The position numbers were made by a program, and so were the translations under genes. This document shows, piece after piece, positions 1 to 9,385 of a stretch of 64,000 bases of DNA (the stretch's first letter is position 1; each line of letters begins with the position of its first letter). Source of the stretch: an uncultured Gammaproteobacteria bacterium (GTDB taxonomy: Bacteria > Patescibacteriota > Patescibacteriia > UBA1558 > S5-K13). Location of the stretch: positions 96,163 to 160,162 of the forward strand of contig CAZXFD010000001.1 in NCBI GenBank assembly GCA_964640635.1. The letters run 5' to 3'. The notes beneath the pieces were generated by a model. The model had not been told where the DNA came from. It saw only the letters and a program-made list of their open reading frames with translations, and did not search any database.

Positions 1-24
1 GTAGTGTTTAATCATTATTAACCT

Positions 25-402
25 ATGGGGCAGAATTATTTTCTGCCCCCGTGTATCAATATGCAATTAATAGAGATAAAATTTTTTTTAAATAGCGATT
101 TTATTAGTACTGAAAAAAATAAGTATAGACTTATTGGTGAAACCACAGAAAAAACAATATTAGTATCTTCTAGAATTAGTGTGTGTAAAAAGTGTGTTCA
201 AAAAAGATTACTTTCTTCAAGTTTTTTTTCTATTAAAAAATATAAGACAACTTCAGAAGAAAATAAAAAAAATATAAGAGAAGTTGTGCAAAAAATATCT
301 AAATATGAAAATCAATTATTTGAATATGAAAAACAGGGTAAAAAAATTATTTTTACAAAAAGACACAATTTAATACCAATACCCGGTTGTAATTGTAAAT
401 AA
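25..402 (+). CDS. Hypothetical small protein (125 aa; alternative start at M13, nt 61) with C-terminus ...IPIPGCNCK; possible precursor or partner peptide for the downstream YcaO
   Basis: ORF track. Its stop is 2 nt before the YcaO ATG, so the two are translationally coupled. No recognisable domain. The Cys-X-Cys C-terminus is a plausible azoline site. No SD sequence. Confidence 0.35.
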   Translation: MGQNYFLPPCINMQLIEIKFFLNSDFISTEKNKYRLIGETTEKTILVSSRISVCKKCVQKRLLSSSFFSIKKYKTTSEENKKNIREVVQKISKYENQLFEYEKQGKKIIFTKRHNLIPIPGCNCK

Positions 403-404
403 CA

Positions 405-1682
405 ATGAATAAATTAATAAAAAATTTAAATGATCTAGACTTCTTTGTTGATGCAGATATTAAATGGATAGATGAAATTTTTAGTGAAAAAACTGGTATT
501 ATTAATGCCATACTAGAAAGATTTGAATTAAAACGATACAATTTTAAAATGTTTCAATCGTTAACATGTAATGCTAAAATAATATTTGATTTAGATAGGG
601 AAATATCCAGCGGAGGACTTGGGGTAAGCAAAGACAGAAAGAATGCTTTTCTTGCTTGTATAGGAGAATCAATAGAAAGATATTGCTTATCTTATTATAA
701 AGAAGGTAAATTATTATTTTCAAAATTCCAAACATTACCAAAAAGCAAGAGAATTGAAGACTTTCAAATATATACAAATCAACAATACAAGAGAAATAAA
801 ATATTTCTTAATCCGAGAACAAAAGCCATTTATTGGGAAAAAATATATTGTATATTTAATAGAAAAAAATATATATATTGGCCAGCTAGTTTAATTTATA
901 TGCCATTCAAAAATGAATCTGTTGCTGAAATTTCATCTACAGGGGTATCCGCTCACAAAAATATAAAAAAATGTATAATTGGGGGTATTTTAGAAATAAT
1001 AGAAAGAGATGCAATAATGATAAATTTCCTTAGAAATCTAAACCCACATGAAATAAATTTAAATACAATTACGGATAAAAACAAAGAATTAATAAGGCTT
1101 ATAAGAAGAGGATATAAAATTAAGATATATAGGTTGTATAGCGATATAGATATACCTATATTTATGGGTCTAATATGGAGGCAGGGTAAAAACGGAATTC
1201 ATTACGGAATAGGAGCGTCTGCAGGTTTAAGTTCAGAAATGGCAATAGAAAAGACACTGAAAGAATGCTTGTTCACATATTTTTATGGAAGGTATTTACT
1301 TAAACAAAAACCCAAAAATAAAAGACAAATAGATGCGTTATTTAAGCACTTTTTATATTATCAGGGAAAAAATTTTAAGAAGCTATTGTCCCTAATGTCG
1401 GTGTCAAAATCTATTAATTATGATAAAATTATAATATCAGAAAAAGAATTGCTGCGGTATTTTAAAAAAAATAAGATCAAAGTATTCTTTAAAGAACTGA
1501 CCACCCCAGATGTAAATAACAAAAAAATTAAAGTTGTAAGGGTTATAATTCCAGGGTTTCTAGATTTAAATAAAAAATATAATTTGACAAAGCTAGGTTC
1601 GAAAAGACTATGGGACGTACCAAAAAAATTAAATTTAAAATCCAATAAATTTATAACAAAAGAACCGCACCCATTTCCCTAA
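405..1682 (+). CDS. YcaO-domain protein (ATP-dependent cyclodehydratase-type)
   Basis: Has the YcaO ATP-binding motifs GLGVSKDRKNAFLACIGESIERY and GGILEIIERDA. A late GIGASAGLSSEMAIEKTLKE segment is also present. The protein ends ...KEPHPFP, a PxPxP C-terminal tail typical of azoline-forming YcaOs. Confidence 0.75.
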   Translation: MNKLIKNLNDLDFFVDADIKWIDEIFSEKTGIINAILERFELKRYNFKMFQSLTCNAKIIFDLDREISSGGLGVSKDRKNAFLACIGESIERYCLSYYKEGKLLFSKFQTLPKSKRIEDFQIYTNQQYKRNKIFLNPRTKAIYWEKIYCIFNRKKYIYWPASLIYMPFKNESVAEISSTGVSAHKNIKKCIIGGILEIIERDAIMINFLRNLNPHEINLNTITDKNKELIRLIRRGYKIKIYRLYSDIDIPIFMGLIWRQGKNGIHYGIGASAGLSSEMAIEKTLKECLFTYFYGRYLLKQKPKNKRQIDALFKHFLYYQGKNFKKLLSLMSVSKSINYDKIIISEKELLRYFKKNKIKVFFKELTTPDVNNKKIKVVRVIIPGFLDLNKKYNLTKLGSKRLWDVPKKLNLKSNKFITKEPHPFP

Positions 1683-1705
1683 ATATTTACTGATAAAATA
1701 ACAAT

Positions 1706-3337
1706 ATGGAAAAAATAGATATAGAACTACAAGAAAATCAACAAGATAAAAATATCGAAAATAACGATCCTTTTGAAATAAAAAAGAAGATTATTCCAGA
1801 TGAATGGAAAGAGGATATTGACAATATACTCACCAAAGACCTTCTTGGTGCAAATAGATATTTTGTACAAACAAATCCAAATATTTCAAAATCTGTGGAA
1901 TTGGAAGCGTCAAAACACCCACGAGATTTTTATAAAGACCTAGTAGAAAGATGGGGTTGGCATAATGAGTTTTATGAAAAACTTCTTGAACCATCAATAG
2001 ATTTTTTACTTGAAGCAAAACATACGGAATTATCCCCAGAACAAATAAAAGTCATAATTCAAGTATATCAAACTGCTTCAATGGTTGATGTTTCTACACT
2101 ACAAATAAGCGGTGCTATAAAAAAGAATATAGATAAATGGATAAATGATCCAATATTTAGCCAACTTTCAGAGAAAGAAAGGAATTTAGCAATTACCCCA
2201 CCACAAGAAAATTTTTGGCTTAAATATCATATAGATCATTTACAATATATAAAAGCATTAAATTTGGGAGATAAAGAGACCGCCAAAAAATTAAAGCTTG
2301 AATTATTAAATAAATATCATATAAATGATGAAAAAATCTTTCTTGGCAGACAAAAGCCATTTTCAAGATATGATGAAAAGTCAATTGAAAAAATAGATAA
2401 AGAGATAGAAAGCTTATCTATTAGTCCAGAACAAAAAATAGAACATTTCTATCTTACAATGGAAAGACCCACATTAAAATCAATAAGAGATATATTAATA
2501 TATGATAATGTAGAAGAATATAGATTATTGACTTCTTTGTTTGGGATTTCTGGATTTATATTAAGAAAAAAAATTCTTGAATATCTTTCTGAATCAAAAA
2601 TATTACCAAATAATGGACAAATATATGAATTTGATGACCTCACAATTAAAAGTGCTCTTGAAAAATTACTTGAATACAGGTGTGATTTTTTCAAAAAAAA
2701 TATAAATACATATAAACAAACTGGGGATACTTGTGGTGCTGCGAGTCTAATGATGGTCTTAAATTACCTATCCAATTTTGATTTAAATAAAGAGAACGAA
2801 GAAATATTAAATAATAAGTCTAAGTCTCAATACATATCAGGAAATCATTTTTCTGCTTTAGCAAATGAAGCAAATAAGTTTAATTTGGAAACAAAACTTA
2901 TTCATTCAGAAAAGAATTTATTCAAAAATGATAGATTTTTTGACAAAGAATTGTTTGTAAAATTAACTAAGGAATATAATGACTATCTAAATTTAGCAAA
3001 ATCATCTGGAACACAAGTAGAAACCAATGTTTTAATTAATAGTAAAACTATAAGAGAATATTTGGATCAAAATTATTTGATTCTATTAGCTGGCAAACTA
3101 GGACAAATATTTCATTCTATAGTTGTATGTGGTCACAATGAAAATGGAATAATAATTAATGACCCACTACGTACAAAGCAAGAGGTGTATAGTAATGAAT
3201 ATATAGAAAATTTTATGTCTACTCAAATAGGTAGGTGGGCACTTTTAATAAGGAAAGATTCATCTAGTGTAAAATTATTACTAGATAATCTTAATTCATT
3301 TCGACAAAAATCCAAAAAATATATGTCAGTAAATTAA
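1706..3337 (+). CDS. Two-domain protein: unknown N-terminal region (~330 aa) plus C-terminal C39-like (papain-fold) cysteine peptidase domain
   Basis: C-terminal YKQTGDTCGAASLMMVLNYLS (Q...C-G-A-A-S-L-M motif) followed by HSIVVCGHNENGIIINDP (His/Asp region). This resembles the Peptidase_C39-like family. Same operon as the YcaO gene. Confidence 0.55.
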   Translation: MEKIDIELQENQQDKNIENNDPFEIKKKIIPDEWKEDIDNILTKDLLGANRYFVQTNPNISKSVELEASKHPRDFYKDLVERWGWHNEFYEKLLEPSIDFLLEAKHTELSPEQIKVIIQVYQTASMVDVSTLQISGAIKKNIDKWINDPIFSQLSEKERNLAITPPQENFWLKYHIDHLQYIKALNLGDKETAKKLKLELLNKYHINDEKIFLGRQKPFSRYDEKSIEKIDKEIESLSISPEQKIEHFYLTMERPTLKSIRDILIYDNVEEYRLLTSLFGISGFILRKKILEYLSESKILPNNGQIYEFDDLTIKSALEKLLEYRCDFFKKNINTYKQTGDTCGAASLMMVLNYLSNFDLNKENEEILNNKSKSQYISGNHFSALANEANKFNLETKLIHSEKNLFKNDRFFDKELFVKLTKEYNDYLNLAKSSGTQVETNVLINSKTIREYLDQNYLILLAGKLGQIFHSIVVCGHNENGIIINDPLRTKQEVYSNEYIENFMSTQIGRWALLIRKDSSSVKLLLDNLNSFRQKSKKYMSVN

Positions 3338-3721
3338 AATTTCTAATCAATAGTAAATCATATGTTAACTTAAGATTTATATATGATAATGGAATAAATT
3401 AGTTTTGCCAAATGCTTTCTTTAGGGATTGTACTAAAGAAAGTGATGTGGGGTAATAAATTTATATATATATTTTAAAATTCGGCGCAAAAACCGTATTT
3501 TTTTGTCGTTGAACTGTATGCTAAAAAGTAGATACAATGTGTCTCTCTTTTATAGTGTGTCATATGCATCACTTTATAGTATATTACACTTATTATTTAT
3601 TCATTATGAATATAAGTGTTATAAAAATCAAGTTGTTTTTTAATCCATTTATATCCATAAAACCCTTTAAACATTGTTAACGTGGAGTGGGGGGTAATGA
3701 ATCTGTATTGGGGGTATCATC

Positions 3722-3752
3722 AAACATCGTTAAAAGCGATGTTTTTTGTTTT
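3722..3752 (+). terminator. Hairpin + T-run terminator in the long intergenic region upstream of tspO
   Basis: AAACATCG-TTAAAAG-CGATGTTTTTTG. Confidence 0.5.
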
Positions 3753-3779
3753 TTAAATACTTGTTTTGATGTATAATTA

Positions 3780-4181
3780 GTGTATATGAACACATACAAC
3801 TGGTATTCACAATTAATCAAGCCTTCTTGGTCTCCACCATCTTGGATTTTTGGTCCAGTTTGGTCATTTCTCTATGTTCTCATTATTGTTTCATTTGGAA
3901 AAGTATTTATAATGACTTTTCAAAAACAAATTCCTTTTGTCGTTGCTTTACCATTTGTTCTTAATATTATTTTTAATTTATCTTTTACGCCACTTCAGTT
4001 TGGATTAAAAGATAATTTATTAGCTGCAGTTGATATTCTTCTTGTTCTAATCACGCTTATTTGGGCAATTGTTGCAATTTATCCTTATATGCGATGGATT
4101 TCATATATTCAAATTCCTTATTTGCTCTGGGTTTCTTTTGCAACTATTTTACAATTAACTATTACATACCTAAACAAATAA
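3780..4181 (+). CDS. tspO: TspO/MBR family translocator protein (tryptophan-rich sensory protein); likely start is the ATG at 3786
   Basis: WYSQLIKPSWSPPSWIFGPVWSFLYVLI matches the TspO signature. Five TM helices. A TATAAT box sits directly upstream, so the transcript may be leaderless. Confidence 0.8.
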   Translation: MYMNTYNWYSQLIKPSWSPPSWIFGPVWSFLYVLIIVSFGKVFIMTFQKQIPFVVALPFVLNIIFNLSFTPLQFGLKDNLLAAVDILLVLITLIWAIVAIYPYMRWISYIQIPYLLWVSFATILQLTITYLNK

Positions 4182-4182
4182 T

Positions 4183-4581
4183 ATGTTTATAAAATTATAT
4201 TTTATAGCTTTACCAGTGTTTCTTGTCATTGATATGATATGGCTTGCTTTAATAGCAAAGAATTTTTATGCCAAACAAATTGGTTTTTTGATGAAGCCAA
4301 ATATTAATTGGGGTGCTGCTATTATTTTTTATCTAATATTTATCGTAGGACTTGTTTTATTTGTTATTACACTAGCTATACAAAAAAATTCTTGGTCGCA
4401 TGCAATTTTGTTTGGAGCTTTGTTTGGGCTTGTTGCCTATGCGACATATGATCTTACAAATTTAGCAACCATAAAAGATTGGCCAGTTATAGTAACAGTC
4501 GTTGATTTGATCTGGGGTATGGTGGTTGCTGGCTTAGTGTCGGTAATAAGTTTTTTCATTGCTTCTAAAATTGGTTTATGA
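4183..4581 (+). CDS. DUF2177-like small integral membrane protein
   Basis: Four predicted TM helices. Overlaps or abuts the tspO stop and the downstream gene start, indicating an operon. Confidence 0.45.
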   Translation: MFIKLYFIALPVFLVIDMIWLALIAKNFYAKQIGFLMKPNINWGAAIIFYLIFIVGLVLFVITLAIQKNSWSHAILFGALFGLVAYATYDLTNLATIKDWPVIVTVVDLIWGMVVAGLVSVISFFIASKIGL

Positions 4582-5351
4582 ATTATTATTTAAACATAGC
4601 TTTTATATTATTCTTTTACATGAGTATTTGGTTTGTCATTTCTCTTTTGAAAAAAAGAAATGACGTTGCAGATATTGCATGGGGACTTGGATTTGTAATT
4701 ATTTCCTGGAGCTCATTTTTTATTTCGGGTGAATATAGTATAAGATCTATATTTGTAAATATTATAGTAATGATTTGGGGATTTAGATTAGCTTTTCATA
4801 TTTATAGGCGTAATAGAAAAAAACAAGAGGACTATCGTTATTTGCAGTGGAGAAATGATTGGGGTAAATGGTTTTTAATTCGTTCTTATTTACAAGTTTA
4901 TCTATTGCAGGGATTTTTTCTTTTTTTAATAGTGTTTTCAGTTGTATTTATAAATAGAAATTCTACTGGTGCGATTAATTTTTATGATATTTTTGGTTTT
5001 ATGATTTGGCTTGTAGGATTCTTTTTTGAAGTTGTTGGAGATTATCAATTGGCTAGTTTTATAAAAAATGTAGAAAATAAAGGTAAAATAATGCAAACAG
5101 GCCTTTGGAAATACACTCGTCATCCAAATTATTTTGGTGAGGTAATGCAGTGGTGGGGAATATTTATAATTGCACTATCATTGCCCATGGGGTTTATAAC
5201 AATCATAAGTCCGCTTACAATTACAATTTTAATCTTATTTGTTTCTGGTATTCCATTGTTAGAAAAGAAAATGATTGAGAATCCAGAGTTTAATGAGTAT
5301 AAAAAGAGGACAAGTATTTTTATTCCACTATTTCCAAAAAACAAAGATTAA
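4578..5351 (+). CDS. DUF1295 / ICMT-like membrane protein (steroid 5-alpha-reductase / isoprenylcysteine carboxyl-methyltransferase superfamily)
   Basis: [18 protein letters not shown] contains the RHPxYxGE motif shared by DUF1295 and ICMT-type membrane enzymes. Polytopic membrane protein. 4-nt overlap with the upstream gene. Confidence 0.55.
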   Translation: MNYYLNIAFILFFYMSIWFVISLLKKRNDVADIAWGLGFVIISWSSFFISGEYSIRSIFVNIIVMIWGFRLAFHIYRRNRKKQEDYRYLQWRNDWGKWFLIRSYLQVYLLQGFFLFLIVFSVVFINRNSTGAINFYDIFGFMIWLVGFFFEVVGDYQLASFIKNVENKGKIMQTGLWKYTRHPNYFGEVMQWWGIFIIALSLPMGFITIISPLTITILILFVSGIPLLEKKMIENPEFNEYKKRTSIFIPLFPKNKD

Positions 5352-5499
5352 TAATTTGGGGAGCTAAGTTACAAATCATTACATACCTTAGATTATGAAT
5401 ATATAAATTTATTAAAAAACATAGTTTAGGACTATGTTTTTTTGTTTTACTAATGCTTATTTTTGAGTTATCATAAATAATATAATTTATATTAAATTT

Positions 5500-6246
5500 A
5501 TGATAAAAAGGGGTGTAAAAATCTTTTTAATAATAATTGTTTTGCTTGTCGCTTATTTATTTATAGCTAATTGGCAAATTTATTATAGACTAGATCAGGC
5601 AGGATTAAAATCTACTGATAATAGGCATATTTATATTTTTAATGAAAATGTTGATAACCCTTATTTGATTTATGGATCAATGGGGGATAGTCTTACTTCA
5701 GGAGTTGGGGTTTCAAATTATGAGGAATCTTATACATATCAAGTAGCACAAAAAATAGCTACCACTTCAATAAGGGTCACGCATTTTAATTATTCATATC
5801 CGGGCGCTAAAACAAGTGATTTGATTAAAAATTTATTACCAAGCGTTATTGTTGATAATCCCGATGTTATAACCCTGTTAATAGGCATCAATGATGTCCA
5901 TGGCAATGTAAGTAAAGATAAATTTAGAGAAAATTATCAAACTATCTTATCAGGTCTCAAAAATCAGACAAAAGCAAAAATAAATGTTATTAGCATTCCA
6001 CTTATTGGATGTCGTTCTCTTTTGTGGCCACCCTATAATTATTATTATAAAACAAGAACAATTAGTTTTAATGGAATTATTAAAGAATTAGCAAGTGGCA
6101 ATGATATTAATTATATCGACCTAACTACACCAACCTCAAAATATGCTTATTCATATAGCCCTTATTACTCCAAAGATAAATTTCATCCTTCTTATGAAGG
6201 ATACAAATATTGGGCGAATATAATATATGACAATCTTAGTAAATAA
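5500..6246 (+). CDS. SGNH/GDSL hydrolase family protein with N-terminal TM anchor
   Basis: GDSLTSGVG (GDS(L) block I), GINDV block, C-terminal DKFHPS (DxxH block V). Confidence 0.7.
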   Translation: MIKRGVKIFLIIIVLLVAYLFIANWQIYYRLDQAGLKSTDNRHIYIFNENVDNPYLIYGSMGDSLTSGVGVSNYEESYTYQVAQKIATTSIRVTHFNYSYPGAKTSDLIKNLLPSVIVDNPDVITLLIGINDVHGNVSKDKFRENYQTILSGLKNQTKAKINVISIPLIGCRSLLWPPYNYYYKTRTISFNGIIKELASGNDINYIDLTTPTSKYAYSYSPYYSKDKFHPSYEGYKYWANIIYDNLSK

Positions 6247-7384
6247 TCCCGCGCAAGCAACTCTGATTTTTTCAATAATTTTTTTTGTTGTCTTTATTTT
6301 AACTATTCGTCCAAGAAAAGAGGAGAAGGGTTTCCAGTTTATACACAGCCAAGAATTAAAAGGACTAGCAATGTTTGCTATAATCTTTTCCCATATAGGA
6401 TATTTCTTAGTAAATGGTGATCAATTTTTGTTTCCACTTTCTGTTGCAGCCGGAGTGGGGGTAAATTTATTTTTATTTTTATCTGGATATGGACTTACAA
6501 TTAGTGCTTTTTCAAAACATTTATCAATTGTGGATTTTTACAAGCGTCGTTTATCCAAACTTTATCCTTCCCTGTGGCTTGTTGTTGTAGTTTTTGTAAT
6601 ATTAGATTTTTTTATTACAAAGCGAGTTTATAGTTTTAGCTATATAGCCCAATCATTGCTGGGACTTTTTAGAAGTGCTGATTTATGGTTGGATATTAAT
6701 TCACCACTTTGGTATGTTACTTTAATAATTTTTTATTATTTATTATTTCCACTATTTTTTTCTAGAAAATATTTTTATTTATCAGCTATTTTGTTTTATT
6801 TAGCGGGATATTTTGTAATATTTTGGGACCCTTTGTTTTTAAGTAAGGTTATAAAATTGTATCATTTACATATTTTGGCATTTCCTCTGGGAGTATTTAT
6901 TGGTGGATTGGTTTTTCGTTATAAAGATAGTATTATAGAGACATTTATCAATAAATTTTGGATAAAAATTGAGCCACGTAAAATTTTGAAAAAGATTATT
7001 TATTATTTATTTTTGATATTTTTGTTTTCTATTATAGTTTATGTTTTAAAGAATTCACATGTTGACGATGGATATAAATTGGAACAAGGAACTAGTCTAC
7101 TAACCTGTGGATTGATACTAGTTTTGTTTGCAATGAAAAAGTTTGAAAGTAGATTACTTTATGTATTTGGTTTTTATTCTTATGAAATTTATCTTCTTCA
7201 TTGGTCAATTATGTCTCGTTTCGATATTTTTTATAAGTATTTACCAGCTTGGCTAGCAACTATTTTTTATCTAATATTTTTTGTTTGTATCTCTTGGGCA
7301 TTACGATATGCAATAAACTCATTGATTTGCAAAATACGTTTGAAGATAAGGGGTAATAGTAAATCATTAAAAAAGATAACCTAG
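6227..7384 (+). CDS. Acyltransferase family 3 (membrane O-acyltransferase)
   Basis: About 10 TM helices with typical acyltransferase_3 architecture and N-terminal FxxLxGxAxxxVxxxH-like region. Overlaps the SGNH gene by 20 nt. Confidence 0.65.
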   Translation: MTILVNNPAQATLIFSIIFFVVFILTIRPRKEEKGFQFIHSQELKGLAMFAIIFSHIGYFLVNGDQFLFPLSVAAGVGVNLFLFLSGYGLTISAFSKHLSIVDFYKRRLSKLYPSLWLVVVVFVILDFFITKRVYSFSYIAQSLLGLFRSADLWLDINSPLWYVTLIIFYYLLFPLFFSRKYFYLSAILFYLAGYFVIFWDPLFLSKVIKLYHLHILAFPLGVFIGGLVFRYKDSIIETFINKFWIKIEPRKILKKIIYYLFLIFLFSIIVYVLKNSHVDDGYKLEQGTSLLTCGLILVLFAMKKFESRLLYVFGFYSYEIYLLHWSIMSRFDIFYKYLPAWLATIFYLIFFVCISWALRYAINSLICKIRLKIRGNSKSLKKIT

Positions 7385-7423
7385 AGCTATGTTCTATTTT
7401 ATTAAAAGGAGTAAGATTAATGT

Positions 7424-8434
7424 ATGAGCAAAAAATTACACATAGCATTATTTATAGTTATTTCACTAATAATTGTATTTGGGATTTATGAAACTTTGAA
7501 CAAATCAATGATAGAAGAGGTTATTGTCCCTACTAATATAATTAATTATCTTATTTCGCAAGAGGATGCGGCAAAATATTGCAATGGTGATAATATGGAT
7601 AGCATTGGATACCAAAAAACAATTACTATTTCAAAGTCTGTGGTGACTAAAGAAATTAACTCAACGAAGCTTGATGTAATCAAGCAAACATTAAGCATGG
7701 CAACGGAGGGCATGTGTAAAAGTGTTATAAGTAGTCTCGATATTACAGAAAAGGATGGGATTGTTTATATACCAGAGTTTGATGCTTGGGCAGGGGTATC
7801 AATAGTAATGTGTTATTGTAAACCTCAGATAGAGGTGAATTTACTTCAAATTCCAGGAATTACAAATGTTGTTTGGTCAAAGGCTGTAACTAATTTTGAA
7901 GAGTGTGTTTCTACTGGAAGTCCTGTGATGGAGTCATATCCAAGACAATGTAAATATGGGGATAAAAATTTTATAGAAGATGTTGGCAATGTATTAGAGA
8001 AAATAAATCTTATTCGTCTTGAAAATCCATTGCCAAATCAAGTTATTACTAGCCCACTTGTTATAAAGGGGCAGGCAAGAGGATTTTGGTTCTTTGAAGC
8101 AAGTTTTCCAGTTATGCTAGTAGATTGGGATGGTAGAATAATCTCTGAAGGGGTCGCAAATGCTAAGAGTGATTGGATGAGTGAGGAATTTGTTCCATTT
8201 GAGGCAACCCTTACTTTTGTAGTGGATAAAAATGTATATAGCAATAGAGGAGCATTAATTCTAAAAAAAGATAATCCATCAGGACTACCTAAAAATGATG
8301 ATGCACTTGAAATTCCTATTATATTTGCAACTGGATCTAGTGCTATTGCTTGCACTCAGGAAGCAAAATTATGTTCAGATGGCTCATATGTTTCTCGCTC
8401 GGGAGTAAATTGTGAATTTACAAAGTGTCCATAG
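7424..8434 (+). CDS. Secreted or membrane-anchored hypothetical protein
   Basis: N-terminal TM or signal segment. Cys-rich. No confident family assignment. Confidence 0.4.
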   Translation: MSKKLHIALFIVISLIIVFGIYETLNKSMIEEVIVPTNIINYLISQEDAAKYCNGDNMDSIGYQKTITISKSVVTKEINSTKLDVIKQTLSMATEGMCKSVISSLDITEKDGIVYIPEFDAWAGVSIVMCYCKPQIEVNLLQIPGITNVVWSKAVTNFEECVSTGSPVMESYPRQCKYGDKNFIEDVGNVLEKINLIRLENPLPNQVITSPLVIKGQARGFWFFEASFPVMLVDWDGRIISEGVANAKSDWMSEEFVPFEATLTFVVDKNVYSNRGALILKKDNPSGLPKNDDALEIPIIFATGSSAIACTQEAKLCSDGSYVSRSGVNCEFTKCP

Positions 8435-8495
8435 ATATTCTCAAGTATTTATTGAAATTTAAATAATTAATACTAAACATTAACAAACAACAAAT

Positions 8496-9260
8496 ATGGA
8501 TAATGACAATGTATTTCATGGATCAAAAAGAGGGCATATGTTTATAGTTGCTCTTTTGATTTTGGCAGTTACATCTATTGTGATCATAGCCTTAGTTACA
8601 ACTGGCAAAACAAGTGATCAAGATCGTTTTACTGTTACTGGTTCTGGAACTGTTTATGCTAAAGCAAATATTGCAAATATTGAAGTGGGTTTAAAGACTG
8701 AAGCCAAGAAAACTGCTGCTGAAGCTACAATTGAAAGCACCAAAAAAATGAATGACATCGTAGCTGAATTGAAAAAATTAGGCATTGAAGAAAAAGATAT
8801 CAAAACATCGAACTACAATTTGAGCCCAGTTTATAATTATACCAATCAAAAAGGTCAAGAATTAATTGGTTATGAAGTAACACAAAATTTGACTCTTAAA
8901 ATCAGAGACCTTACAAAAATTGGTGATGTAATTGCAAAGACTACTGAAAAAGGTGCTAATCAAATAGGTAATATAAACTTCACTATTGATGATGAGTTTG
9001 CTCTAAAGAATCAAGCTAGAGAACTTGCCATAGTAAAAGCTCAAGAGAAAGCAGCTTTGATAGCAAAACAATCTGGTATGAAATTGGGTAGAGTAAAGGG
9101 TGTTTTTGAAAATTCTGATTCTACTGTACCCATTCGTTATGATTATACTAATGCTAAAATGGATCTCTCAGCTGGCGGTGCAGAAATTTCTGCTCCAAGC
9201 ATACAATCAGGACAAAACGAAATTAAAGTAGAGGTCTCACTTATTTATGAAATCAAGTAA
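8496..9260 (+). CDS. SIMPL-domain (DUF541) periplasmic or outer-envelope protein
   Basis: TVTGSGTVYAKANIANIEVGLKTEAKKTAAEATIE... then NYNLSPVY matches the SIMPL family pattern. N-terminal TM anchor. Confidence 0.65.
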   Translation: MDNDNVFHGSKRGHMFIVALLILAVTSIVIIALVTTGKTSDQDRFTVTGSGTVYAKANIANIEVGLKTEAKKTAAEATIESTKKMNDIVAELKKLGIEEKDIKTSNYNLSPVYNYTNQKGQELIGYEVTQNLTLKIRDLTKIGDVIAKTTEKGANQIGNINFTIDDEFALKNQARELAIVKAQEKAALIAKQSGMKLGRVKGVFENSDSTVPIRYDYTNAKMDLSAGGAEISAPSIQSGQNEIKVEVSLIYEIK

Positions 9261-9385
9261 TACTTAAAAAGGTTTATCATTGAGCATATCTTATTTTTTA
9301 AAAACATCTCGTTAATTCGGGATGTTTTTTTGGTTTTTTAAGGATTTTTTATATACCAGTCTTTTTATGTTATACTTTTAAGACT

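Noticed and set aside
3338-3779. Riboswitch in the 440-bp intergenic region upstream of tspO (G-runs GTGGAGTGGGGGGTAATG...TTGGGGGTATC)
   Set aside because: It has a 10-bp hairpin (CTTTCTTTAG...TAAAGAAAG) and a terminator, but nothing matching a known riboswitch consensus that I can recognise. Left as unexplained non-coding DNA.
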